This document shows positions 39,323-48,259 of a stretch of 64,000 nt of DNA, piece after piece (the first letter of the stretch is position 1; every line of letters starts with the position of its first letter). The notes beneath the pieces were generated by a model, which was not told the origin of the DNA, made no database searches, and worked only from the letters and a program-made list of their open reading frames with translations. Both the position numbers and the translations under genes were made by a program. The DNA comes from Hydrogenophilales bacterium (GTDB lineage: Bacteria > Pseudomonadota > Gammaproteobacteria > Burkholderiales > Eutrophovitaceae), in the NCBI GenBank assembly GCA_902601765.1, contig CACKOO010000001.1, positions 91,839 to 155,838 of the forward strand. The letters are read 5' to 3'.

Positions 39323-39979
39323 ATGGAAAAACCGCTGAAGGCTAGGAAAATGAAATACCATCACGGAAATTTGCGGGAGCAGTTATTGGGTGATGCACGA
39401 GACTTGTTGGAGGAGGTAGGTCACAGTAGCATTTGTCTTAGAGAATTAGCGAGAAGGTCGGGTGTATCCCACGCAGCCCCTTATCGGCATTTTAAAGACA
39501 AAAAAGCCCTTTTAAAAGCATTAGTGCTTGAAGGGCACAGCCTAGTTCAAAGGATTTCGGCTAAATCGATAGAATCCCCTGATCCAAAAGAAAAACTCTT
39601 TAGGACCATGACGCGTTACGTTCAATTTGGGCTAGCAAACCCAGAGTTACATCAACTTATTTTTGGCTCTAATTCGTTATCTTACACAGATGCAGATGTT
39701 CGCTTTGAAGCAGATACAAGTCTGAAAAAATTTGTTGTTATTGTGCACGCAGCGCTACCGGAAAAGAAGAAAATCGATGCCAATTTGATTGGTCTGTCGT
39801 TATGGTCACTTGCTCATGGTGTATTGCTGTTAACACCTAATCCTAAAAAAATAGATGGCGGTATTTGTCAAAGATCTGTTACGGATGCTAGCTCTTATAT
39901 GAAATCGCTTCGCCACGGTATGGAAGCGTTAATTTCTGAATCAGTTGGGGAAAAATGGAAAAACCCGTATCTTTTTTAA
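39323..39979 (+). CDS. TetR/AcrR family transcriptional regulator
   Basis: YHHGNLREQLL... and the HTH LRELARRSGVSHAAPYRHF. Divergent from the RND operon. ATG 39350 is an alternative start. TATAAT at 39289-39294. Confidence 0.85.
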   Translation: MEKPLKARKMKYHHGNLREQLLGDARDLLEEVGHSSICLRELARRSGVSHAAPYRHFKDKKALLKALVLEGHSLVQRISAKSIESPDPKEKLFRTMTRYVQFGLANPELHQLIFGSNSLSYTDADVRFEADTSLKKFVVIVHAALPEKKKIDANLIGLSLWSLAHGVLLLTPNPKKIDGGICQRSVTDASSYMKSLRHGMEALISESVGEKWKNPYLF

Positions 39980-39994
39980 CCGAGCAAGATACTC

Positions 39995-41200
39995 TTAAAA
40001 TTTGTAAAGTAGCTTAACACTTAGTTTGTCACTTTCTCTTTCTGGTTCATTTCGTTCATCTGGCTCTGCATCTTCCTTTCTGTCATATTGAAATGTAAAC
40101 CAGCCACTATAGAAATTTAAATCTAAACCTAAAGTATATCGCCAGCTAGATTCTCTAAGATTATGAAGAGATGAGTGATAGAGAGTATTAGGACTATTTC
40201 CATAGAAAGCCATAGGATTGGATGCTGTACTGGAATCTAGAATATATTCTATCCTCGCATAGGGTCGAAATTTTCCATGAGGAGTTAATAAATCATGCGT
40301 CACTAGTATCCCAAAATATGATTTGATAAGTATGAGTTTTTGTTCTGAAAATGATACCCCTAAAGAGGTTCCGCTTTCTTGGTAAGGACGTAAGTTCGTA
40401 AAACCGATATCGATTCGAGAATACGGGTTAATTGAAAAATCACCATATTGTAAATCTTTAATCAAGCTAGCTGACTGGTAGATCTGGTAACTCTGTCGTT
40501 CGCTTTTTAGAAAATTACCTGAGGACTTTCTCTGTGAGTAACTGCTTAGTTTATTTATGCCATAGGTTGTATTCAGATAATAATTGCCCGCTAGCCCTAA
40601 TCTAAAATAGGTCGAAAGTCCTATGTCGTTAGTCGTTAGTCGGGAACCATTAAATCCGGCTTCTGATTTATCTTCACCTGATTCCAATGTAAATCCCCAA
40701 AGAGCATTTTGTCTAAAATATTTTTCCATTCCAATCGTTAATCCATCTGTCTGATACACGATAGATGGTTCGTAAATATTCTTACCTATTTCACCGATTT
40801 CAACGCTAGCTACTGACCAATAGCTCCAGTTATCATGCTTTTCGGAATCTTCTAAACTATTAGCCAAATGGACAGATATTGATGATTTAAATTGGTTTTC
40901 GTATCTTTTAATATCACTAACGGGTTTTGTATCTGCGGTTTCTATTAGGTGACTTGTAGATAAGGTCTTTGCGACGTATAGCCCATCTTTAGCGCTTATC
41001 CTGCGGTTATTCCAAATCTTGTTAAGTCTCAGGATAATCGGGTCAATCGAATTTCCTACTCGGCGATGCATTAATTGAGACTGTGCTTGATAAGCTCCTG
41101 CAATGTCGCTAGTCTGCCAGGGATTAGAGTTAGCATTACCTAGGAATAAAAGCCATAAAAAAAAACTTAAAGTAAAGAAAGAAGCACTTCTTAAAATCAT
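39995..41200 (-). CDS. autotransporter-type outer-membrane beta-barrel protein with almost no passenger
   Basis: Signal peptide MILRSASFFTLSFFLWLLFLGNANS. About 100 aa precede a barrel of roughly 280 aa with W/G/Y-rich alternating strands. C-terminus ...SVKLLYKF. Confidence 0.55.
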   Translation of the reverse strand: MILRSASFFTLSFFLWLLFLGNANSNPWQTSDIAGAYQAQSQLMHRRVGNSIDPIILRLNKIWNNRRISAKDGLYVAKTLSTSHLIETADTKPVSDIKRYENQFKSSISVHLANSLEDSEKHDNWSYWSVASVEIGEIGKNIYEPSIVYQTDGLTIGMEKYFRQNALWGFTLESGEDKSEAGFNGSRLTTNDIGLSTYFRLGLAGNYYLNTTYGINKLSSYSQRKSSGNFLKSERQSYQIYQSASLIKDLQYGDFSINPYSRIDIGFTNLRPYQESGTSLGVSFSEQKLILIKSYFGILVTHDLLTPHGKFRPYARIEYILDSSTASNPMAFYGNSPNTLYHSSLHNLRESSWRYTLGLDLNFYSGWFTFQYDRKEDAEPDERNEPERESDKLSVKLLYKF

Positions 41201-41287
41201 AGTCTCGTGACTTTCTTGGGGATACGCATTAACATCACCAGAAAGTAATCGGCAGATGTGGGCTGTTTTTTAATTGCTTGACGCTAC

Positions 41288-42166
41288 TTAATTATCTTTA
41301 TGCCGAATGCGAATCCACTCAACAAATACCATATGCGGCACGGTGAGAGCCGATAGCCCGATAAAAACCACCTGAATTAAAGATGTTTCTATCGGGCCTT
41401 GGGTAATGTTAGAAAGTAATTTAAAGCTAATAAAACCTAAAACGAGGGTGATTACTGTTATCGGAATTGACCAATAGAAAAGTCTCATTAGACTGGCATG
41501 GTCAAATAAATAAGAAATTTCCGAAAAATGTTTTAAACTGTGGAACAAACAAAAGTACGCTGTGAAATACGCTAAGGGATCGCAAACTTTAGCAAGAAAT
41601 ACTAAAACCAAGAGTTCTAGTATTTGCCTCCCACTTATTCTCCGAAATAACAAAAGACAAGCGAGATATATACCTCCAATCAATGTGACAAATTGAATGG
41701 CTTCCACCAGAATATCGTTTTTTGAGTTTTGATTGAGAATATCAAAGATTACCAATACATCATTTGGAGAAAAAATAGTGGGAAGCCCAAGAATGATGAA
41801 GCCAGAAATTATACGTTGCGAAAAATTAATCGGATAGTCACCACCAAAGTGAAAAGCCGACATTACTAGAAATGTTGCTAACATAATTTGTGGAATTTGC
41901 GTCCAAAAAAATATGGTAAAGATGGTCAGTGTGATATATCCAAACAACACACTAACGACTTGTTTTTCAGGCCATAGAATACGGATCAGCCTAAAGTCTA
42001 ACGCGCCATGTGGAATTCCGAATAATGAAATAAAAATCACGGATATTAAGACCGAAGAGGAGCTAAATGTATGTGGGAAAAAATGTAAACTAATAATAAT
42101 TAAAATACATCCACCGATTGATAAACTTTTTAAGCGATCCCACTCAATTTTACTAGATATATTCAT
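41288..42166 (-). CDS. blh: Brp/Blh family beta-carotene 15,15'-dioxygenase (retinal synthesis)
   Basis: 292 aa polytopic protein with GIPHGALD and further conserved His residues (FHFGGD, FHSLKH). It is the last gene of the crt cluster next to the rhodopsin. Confidence 0.8.
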   Translation of the reverse strand: MNISSKIEWDRLKSLSIGGCILIIISLHFFPHTFSSSSVLISVIFISLFGIPHGALDFRLIRILWPEKQVVSVLFGYITLTIFTIFFWTQIPQIMLATFLVMSAFHFGGDYPINFSQRIISGFIILGLPTIFSPNDVLVIFDILNQNSKNDILVEAIQFVTLIGGIYLACLLLFRRISGRQILELLVLVFLAKVCDPLAYFTAYFCLFHSLKHFSEISYLFDHASLMRLFYWSIPITVITLVLGFISFKLLSNITQGPIETSLIQVVFIGLSALTVPHMVFVEWIRIRHKDN

Positions 42167-42169
42167 ATA

Positions 42170-43363
42170 TTATTTTTTTTCCTTAGTGCAAGAAAGTATA
42201 GCGATTCTCAGGGCAGCTAATACCATTTCTTTTTTTGGACTTGTTAATATAACTTTGAAGAGATCTGTCAGGTTTGCTTTGTCGCCCATAAATCTTGCAA
42301 AGACATTGGGGTGTAGGCTTTTCCCCATATTTAATAATGTTTGTACTATAGATGCAGGAGATTTTTTTAAAACCATTAAGAACACTCTGTCCATAAAATC
42401 TTGAGTAGTTTGAATAATTTTCCATTTGGTAATTGTGTGACATTTTAATATTCGACTAGCTGTTTCCTGGGACCAAATTTCAATTCTTGAGAAAGCGTAA
42501 CCGCTAGCTGGTCTGAGAGCTCCCCAGTTTGACCCTCCTTGAATTGCTCCAGGGATTGGTTCTCGAGGATATGTTCCTGATTGAAGCAATACTCCCTTCT
42601 CGGTTCGTTGAATTTGCCAATTGCGACCCAGAATTTGATTAGCGTTTAGCGTAGCCTCCTCTTTTAGGTGATCTGGAGTAAAATATTTTGTTCCGATATA
42701 TGTTATTTGAAGAAGCATAGAGTTATCTGTTAACGGTAATAGATATTTAAAATAAATCCCAGATTTATCGTGTCTGATATCGTCCATTAATTTGACAGAT
42801 GCAGATTGAAACAAATTACTTTTGAAGGTAATCTCATATCCATAAAAAATTTGCCAAGTCGCATTTTTTACTTTGTCGGGTTTTTTATAACGACAGTCAA
42901 TAATTTGTTTTGAAGAATACAAGCCAGAATCGGTTTTAACGAGAAAACCATCCTGACCTTTATTAATTTTGTTGACTTCAACTCCCAGCTTAATAGAGAT
43001 GTTGGGGCTGTCCTTGATCAAAGATAGAGACCTTTCGTAGAAATCTATCCCTCTGAGACAAAAATATTCATATTGGTGAGACTTATGGGTGAAATGCATC
43101 GAATCGGTACTCGATGAAAATGACCACTGGCGCCAATGATTAGCTGCCCATTCGCAATACCCTGAGGAACCATCATTCCAAAAGCTCCATGTTCTATCGT
43201 TAGTATATGTTTTTCTGGCTTCTAGAATAAGAATTTTCGGATAATTCTTTAAAACAACCCCACCTTTGATTTTCCAAATAAGCTGATTAGAAAGCTGTAA
43301 CCCGGAACACCCTCCTCCGAGTATTAAGATATCGTACTTTTCTGTTATTTTAGTTGTCTGCAC
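42170..43363 (-). CDS. crtY: lycopene beta-cyclase
   Basis: FAD fold YDILILGGGCSGLQL, 397 aa, positioned between crtB and blh. Confidence 0.85.
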   Translation of the reverse strand: MQTTKITEKYDILILGGGCSGLQLSNQLIWKIKGGVVLKNYPKILILEARKTYTNDRTWSFWNDGSSGYCEWAANHWRQWSFSSSTDSMHFTHKSHQYEYFCLRGIDFYERSLSLIKDSPNISIKLGVEVNKINKGQDGFLVKTDSGLYSSKQIIDCRYKKPDKVKNATWQIFYGYEITFKSNLFQSASVKLMDDIRHDKSGIYFKYLLPLTDNSMLLQITYIGTKYFTPDHLKEEATLNANQILGRNWQIQRTEKGVLLQSGTYPREPIPGAIQGGSNWGALRPASGYAFSRIEIWSQETASRILKCHTITKWKIIQTTQDFMDRVFLMVLKKSPASIVQTLLNMGKSLHPNVFARFMGDKANLTDLFKVILTSPKKEMVLAALRIAILSCTKEKK

Positions 43364-44265
43364 TCTTTAATGATTGCTTCATGAAGTTCGGCTTTGTGTG
43401 GTACATTCCTGTATAACTTTATTATCAACACGTTAAAGCTCGCGTTTATTATCAACATTATTTTCCTTAGAATATTAACGTAACTTCGTTTCCTCCAATT
43501 CACGCAATTTGTTTTTAAAATAGACCTTCCAATTTGACGGTATATGACTGCAGCAGAATAAATTGCCATTTTAGTACCCCAAGGAAGGTACTTGAGTCCG
43601 TCTAGTCCACTTTTATAATAATCTTCGGCAAGGCAAATTATTTTTTTAATACTTAACTTTATTACCCTATCATTATCATTTGTTACGGATAATATTTCCT
43701 CCGGAGAAATGTTTCCACAAGTATGACCTGGCAAATATCTACGACCAAGTTCGGCATCCGCATATACATCTCGGCATATATTTGTCAGTTGCATCGCTAT
43801 CCCTAGATCAACAGCATGTTTCCAAGAGGATTCAACGTTTTTTGCTTTGAGTATGGTGCACATCATTAGTCCGACCGTACCAGCTACCCCATAGCAATAT
43901 CGAATTAATTCATCTTGTGTTTTTATCAGCACTTTACCTAAGTCGGACTTAACGGTTTCTATTAATTGCGTTGCCGGTATTATTCCACCGAAACCTTGTT
44001 TGAGTATATTTCGAACCTCGCTTACCAAATCATCGACATGGCTGTCACTGATCAGACCGGAGTTAATTTTTCCAAGCATGTAAAGAGCTCTGTAACTATC
44101 TTCAGCCTCATCAGCGATATCATCAACCCATCGGCAAAAGCTATAAAGCGTGGCAGCTTGATCAAGGGTGTATTTTGGTAGGAGAAGACCTGCGACATAG
44201 AAAGTACTGCTATTTCTTTTTAGAATAGTCCTCCGTTTTCTTTTTTCTTGATCAGATGATGCCAT
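43345..44265 (-). CDS. crtB: phytoene synthase
   Basis: Squalene/phytoene synthase motifs FCRWVDDIADE, YCYGVAGTVGLM and NICRDVYADAELGRRYLP. Confidence 0.9.
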   Translation of the reverse strand: MASSDQEKRKRRTILKRNSSTFYVAGLLLPKYTLDQAATLYSFCRWVDDIADEAEDSYRALYMLGKINSGLISDSHVDDLVSEVRNILKQGFGGIIPATQLIETVKSDLGKVLIKTQDELIRYCYGVAGTVGLMMCTILKAKNVESSWKHAVDLGIAMQLTNICRDVYADAELGRRYLPGHTCGNISPEEILSVTNDNDRVIKLSIKKIICLAEDYYKSGLDGLKYLPWGTKMAIYSAAVIYRQIGRSILKTNCVNWRKRSYVNILRKIMLIINASFNVLIIKLYRNVPHKAELHEAIIKECRQLK

Positions 44266-44278
44266 GATTAGGTTTTAT

Positions 44279-45745
44279 TCAGAGAAATGAATCGACCACT
44301 TTTGCGGAGCACAAAACCCCTGGCAACCCTGCTCCGGGATGTGTTCCAGCTCCTACTAAGTAGAGATTCTCAACTCCCTCACCCTTGTTGTGGTATCGAA
44401 ACCATGCCGATTGATAAAACAGTGGTGAAATAGAAAATCCCGCGCCGTGTTGCGATAGGTAATCGTTTTTAAAATCATCGGGTGTCATGAAAAAACTGTC
44501 GATTATATTTTTATTTAATCCGGGCAACATCGTTTTATTTAACGCCGAAACAATTCTGTCGGCGTAAGCTTGCCCCTCTTCCTTCCAATTTATGTTGGCT
44601 GTTAAATTAGGTACTGGGGATAGTACGTAAAAAGAGTCACAATCAGGAGGAGCAAAAGACGGGTCCGTAGCGGTAGGTCGATGAACATATAAAGAAAAAT
44701 CTGCGGGCAATACTTTACCGTAGAAAATATCATTTAGTAATTCTTTGTAGCGTTTCCCAAGCCATATTGTATGGTGTGCCACTTGTGTATATTTTTTTGT
44801 TGTTCCAAAGAATAGAACAAAAAGCCCCATGGAGTAGCGAGCATATTTCTCACGGATCTTAATTTTCCAGTTTTTTTTGTATTTATAGCCACTGATATTT
44901 TTGTATAAATTTACGGGGTCAACGTTGGATATAACAATATCACAGGCAATAGTTTCCAATTTGTCAGTTTCTAATGCTACAATTTTGTTCGCTACAGTTT
45001 TGATATTTTTGATTTCTCTGTTTAGTTGTACATTTACTCCTTCTTCGATTAATAGTTTTCCTATTGCCGATACCAATGCTCCCGTACCTCCCATCGGATA
45101 GTGTATGCCCCATTTACGTTCTAGATAATGTATCAAACTGTAAATGCTAGTAGTATCAAAAGGATTCCCACCTACCAAAAGAGGCTGAATACTAAAAGCT
45201 TGGCGAATTTTGTCATTTAAAATGTGGCTGGATATAAATTTCCATACTGATCGGTACGCTTTTAATCGAATCATCGCAGGAACTTGTTGCAGCATAAAAA
45301 TAAAATTGTGGAATGGTTTAGCTGAAAGTTGATTAAAACCTATTTCAAATATTTTTTCTGATTCTAGAAGAATTTTTTTATATCCTATCACGTCAGATGG
45401 ATTGAGAGCTTCGATTTGTTTGAGAGTATGGTTAATATCCTTGGTGTAATCAAAATTTGTTCCATCTGGAAAGATAAACCGGTACCATAAATCTAGCTCT
45501 TTAAGATCAACATAATTACGCATATCTTTGTCAAACAATTGAAACAGTTCTTCAAGCAACCATGGCGCCGTGATTACTGTTGGACCAGCATCATGCTTAA
45601 AGCCATTTCTCTCAAAAACTCTTGCGCGCCCACCTAGTTGCCCTCCTTTTTCAAGGAGGGTCACGGTGTAACCTTTGGCTCGCGCCCTTAAAGCGGCTGC
45701 AAGCCCCCCAAATCCGGCTCCTATTACGACAACGTGTTTATCCAC
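44279..45745 (-). CDS. crtI: phytoene desaturase
   Basis: VVVIGAGFGGLAAALR Rossmann fold, 488 aa, C-terminal VGAGTHPGAGLPGV. Confidence 0.93.
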   Translation of the reverse strand: MDKHVVVIGAGFGGLAAALRARAKGYTVTLLEKGGQLGGRARVFERNGFKHDAGPTVITAPWLLEELFQLFDKDMRNYVDLKELDLWYRFIFPDGTNFDYTKDINHTLKQIEALNPSDVIGYKKILLESEKIFEIGFNQLSAKPFHNFIFMLQQVPAMIRLKAYRSVWKFISSHILNDKIRQAFSIQPLLVGGNPFDTTSIYSLIHYLERKWGIHYPMGGTGALVSAIGKLLIEEGVNVQLNREIKNIKTVANKIVALETDKLETIACDIVISNVDPVNLYKNISGYKYKKNWKIKIREKYARYSMGLFVLFFGTTKKYTQVAHHTIWLGKRYKELLNDIFYGKVLPADFSLYVHRPTATDPSFAPPDCDSFYVLSPVPNLTANINWKEEGQAYADRIVSALNKTMLPGLNKNIIDSFFMTPDDFKNDYLSQHGAGFSISPLFYQSAWFRYHNKGEGVENLYLVGAGTHPGAGLPGVLCSAKVVDSFL

Positions 45746-45752
45746 AAGATAT

Positions 45753-46664
45753 TCAATTAATAAAAAGAGTATTTAAATCGTTAGCGATTTCTATTAAGGC
45801 TTTACCAGCACATTTTGGTATCTTCTTGGCATTAATTATCGCATCATTAATTTTTTCCTTGGTTAAAAGTTTTACAGATTCAAAACCTTGAGACCTAAGA
45901 ATATCAGAGGAAACTATCAGGACCGCGTTTAGCTCACGACTTCCATTCTTTTTTATTCTACGTAAATTTTGCCAGTCTTTTAAATCATCAACTAACTGGT
46001 AAGCAACCCCAAGATCTCTCGCAGCTTCCGAGACGACAGTCGATCCGTTATCAAGATTTGCTACTACTAAAGCAAGTTCCACAGGAAGACCAATTAATGG
46101 CCCCGATTTCGCCGCAGCTAATTCGCAATAGTCGAAAAGAGAAATTTTTGAGACATGACTTGCTAAGTCTCCTCCTTGACCATAAATTGTGGTTCGAATA
46201 GAGTCATGCGTTTTATTTAATAGTATTGGCATAGGAGCGAGTTTAAGTAAATCACCAAGAACTCTGTATGCGGCCGAAATCATAAGATCTCCCAAGCAAA
46301 TTGCAACATCTTCTCCGAACTTTAGCCAGACACTTTCAACCCCTCGTCTTTGGGTGTCTTTATCTTGTATATCATCATGGATTAGTGAAGCGTTGTGCAG
46401 TAGTTCGCATATTGATGCTATTAAAACCGCAATTTCGGTCGAAAGCTCTAATGTTTTTGCCGTCTGAATAGCAATTTGGGCGCGTATTCTTTTTCCACCA
46501 CAGCACAAGTGGTAATTTAGGGCTTCGTTTACTTTGGAATATTTGGAAATAGATTTATCGGCTAAGCAATGTTGGAGCATTTTTTTTTCCATCAGTCGGA
46601 GTGGCCCTAGAAACTCCGTTTTTACCAAATGCGATGTGGTCTGACTGGGGAAAACAGGATCCAT
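45753..46664 (-). CDS. crtE: geranylgeranyl diphosphate synthase (polyprenyl synthetase)
   Basis: Asp-rich motifs LIHDDIQDKD and QLVDDLKD. It is the first gene after the rhodopsin terminator. Confidence 0.85.
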   Translation of the reverse strand: MDPVFPSQTTSHLVKTEFLGPLRLMEKKMLQHCLADKSISKYSKVNEALNYHLCCGGKRIRAQIAIQTAKTLELSTEIAVLIASICELLHNASLIHDDIQDKDTQRRGVESVWLKFGEDVAICLGDLMISAAYRVLGDLLKLAPMPILLNKTHDSIRTTIYGQGGDLASHVSKISLFDYCELAAAKSGPLIGLPVELALVVANLDNGSTVVSEAARDLGVAYQLVDDLKDWQNLRRIKKNGSRELNAVLIVSSDILRSQGFESVKLLTKEKINDAIINAKKIPKCAGKALIEIANDLNTLFIN

Positions 46665-46677
46665 ATCTCATTACTCC

Positions 46678-46721
46678 AAAAAAAAATCGCCGACCCAAAA
46701 AGAACCAATTCGGTCGGCGAT
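46678..46721 (-). terminator. rho-independent terminator after the rhodopsin gene
   Basis: On the minus strand, ATCGCCGACC (46721-46712), a 16-nt loop, GGTCGGCGAT (46695-46686), then T9 (46686-46678). The crtE SD GGAG (46677-46674) starts at the very next base. Confidence 0.75.
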
Positions 46722-46744
46722 TTTGTTACGTCAAAAAATTAATT

Positions 46745-47422
46745 TTAGGCATTTTCAGAGTTGGCAGCTGACCAAATCATTAAGCCGAAAGCTATCTTGT
46801 TTACAACATCAGCTAAATTGTAGATTGCATTTAAAGAGGCAGCGTCGACCGTCTCTCCGATATAACCAAAAATATAACCGAGTGGGTAAATCGCCCAACC
46901 AACTAGAACTATTAGTCTCATTGTCCTGAAGGCTGACTGCACTCCTTCTGGAGCCTCACTCAATCTTGACTGTGCATCTCCAGCAAATATTTGGAATATT
47001 ATATAAATCCAGCCAGCCATTCCTATAACGAAGCCTAGCCAAACATTTACGTATCCAGCTTCTCCCAAATACCCGGCAATTAGCATTACAAAAGAGGCTA
47101 CCATGAGTCTCATAAAGACACCGCCAGCTACTGCCCCGACAGCCGCCAAAATCAAGTAAAATTCTATGATTTGAAGGGGAACTGTAATAATCCAATCTAC
47201 GTATCTAAATACGAGAGGGCTCTCACCTGTGTCTACCCAAATTTGTCTCATGTAAAAATAATGTATGGCTGCAACCAGGGTTACTAGGGCTGCAACTGTT
47301 AGGGAAGTTTTCCATTTGGCAGAAGCACGGTTAGCTTCCATAAGGAAGAAAACGGTGGAGGCAACCATTGCAACTGAGATTACCCAAAAGGTGATTCCGA
47401 CAAAATCGTCGATTGGTAGCAT
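46745..47422 (-). CDS. proteorhodopsin (light-driven proton pump), blue-tuned variant
   Basis: SAKWKTSLTV, RYVDWIITVPLQIIEFYLIL (D76, T80, E87 give a DTE motif; Q84 lies at the tuning site equivalent to residue 105 of green PR), and NLADVVNKIAFG (Schiff-base K209). SD AGGAG lies 6 nt upstream. Confidence 0.95.
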   Translation of the reverse strand: MLPIDDFVGITFWVISVAMVASTVFFLMEANRASAKWKTSLTVAALVTLVAAIHYFYMRQIWVDTGESPLVFRYVDWIITVPLQIIEFYLILAAVGAVAGGVFMRLMVASFVMLIAGYLGEAGYVNVWLGFVIGMAGWIYIIFQIFAGDAQSRLSEAPEGVQSAFRTMRLIVLVGWAIYPLGYIFGYIGETVDAASLNAIYNLADVVNKIAFGLMIWSAANSENA

Positions 47423-47594
47423 AATTTCTCCTCTAAGAAAATTAAGAAATTCTATTATTATATGTTTCTAAAGCCCCTGCTAAGAGACTCACGAAATATA
47501 AGCCTAACACTGAATTGGATAATTTGAAATATTACTTAGCATTCGGTCATCGCGAACAACGTTCCAAAAGTTTTAATAAGTTTCGATTTAGAAG

Positions 47595-48248
47595 TTACTC
47601 ATTATTTCTGGACCCTAAAGGTTTTCCACCTAAGGCGTTACCAGCATTTGGCGGTCGTTCCATCGTAAACACTTCTTTTAAAACGGTATATTCATTGTAA
47701 CCACATCTTGCAATAGGACTTAATTTTGTAACGTCTACTCGCCCGTTCGTCAAACATTTTTCGTCAATATAGACTCCTACTACCTGCCCGAATACAACAG
47801 TCGCGCTAGTTTTATTGCCATCGATATCATTCAAATCAACTATCTGGGTAACCTTACATTCCAATGAAGCTGGCGACTCCGCGACTCTTGGACATTTTAC
47901 TTGCTTCCCAGTTTCGGGAGTCAATCCAGCATATTCGAACTCACTCTCCCCCGTTTTGAGTCCTTCGGATGACAAGTTCATTTGCTCTTTTAAACTCCAT
48001 GTCGCCATATTCCAGGTAAATTCTCCAGATTCTTCCGCAAAATTCAGAGAATCTTTTCTGTCTTCCGAAGAAAACCCCAAAATGTTTGGCCAACTGTAAA
48101 CTCCGTTGAAGAAACTATAGGGCGCCAAATTTATTATTCCTTGATTATTCATAGTTGAAATCCACCCAATGGGTCTAGGCACAATTAACCCTTTAAATAC
48201 GTCATGGGGTAATATTTTTTTATTTCTATCTTCAGGTTTAAAATACAT
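47595..48248 (-). CDS. flavin reductase-like (FMN-binding split-barrel) protein
   Basis: VPRPIGWISTMNNQGIINLAPYSFFN, 217 aa. Confidence 0.78.
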   Translation of the reverse strand: MYFKPEDRNKKILPHDVFKGLIVPRPIGWISTMNNQGIINLAPYSFFNGVYSWPNILGFSSEDRKDSLNFAEESGEFTWNMATWSLKEQMNLSSEGLKTGESEFEYAGLTPETGKQVKCPRVAESPASLECKVTQIVDLNDIDGNKTSATVVFGQVVGVYIDEKCLTNGRVDVTKLSPIARCGYNEYTVLKEVFTMERPPNAGNALGGKPLGSRNNE

Positions 48249-48259
48249 GGATTTTAATT

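Noticed and set aside
41913-42404. A 163-aa plus-strand ORF, long for AT-rich DNA, spanning the blh/crtY junction.
   Set aside because: It is fully antisense to two well-supported genes and low in complexity, with no SD or recognisable motif. The same applies to the other antisense ORFs in the track: 6290-6664, 20394-20831 (which runs through tRNA-Gln), 37668-38039, 51533-51901, 60043-60390 and 60399-60761.
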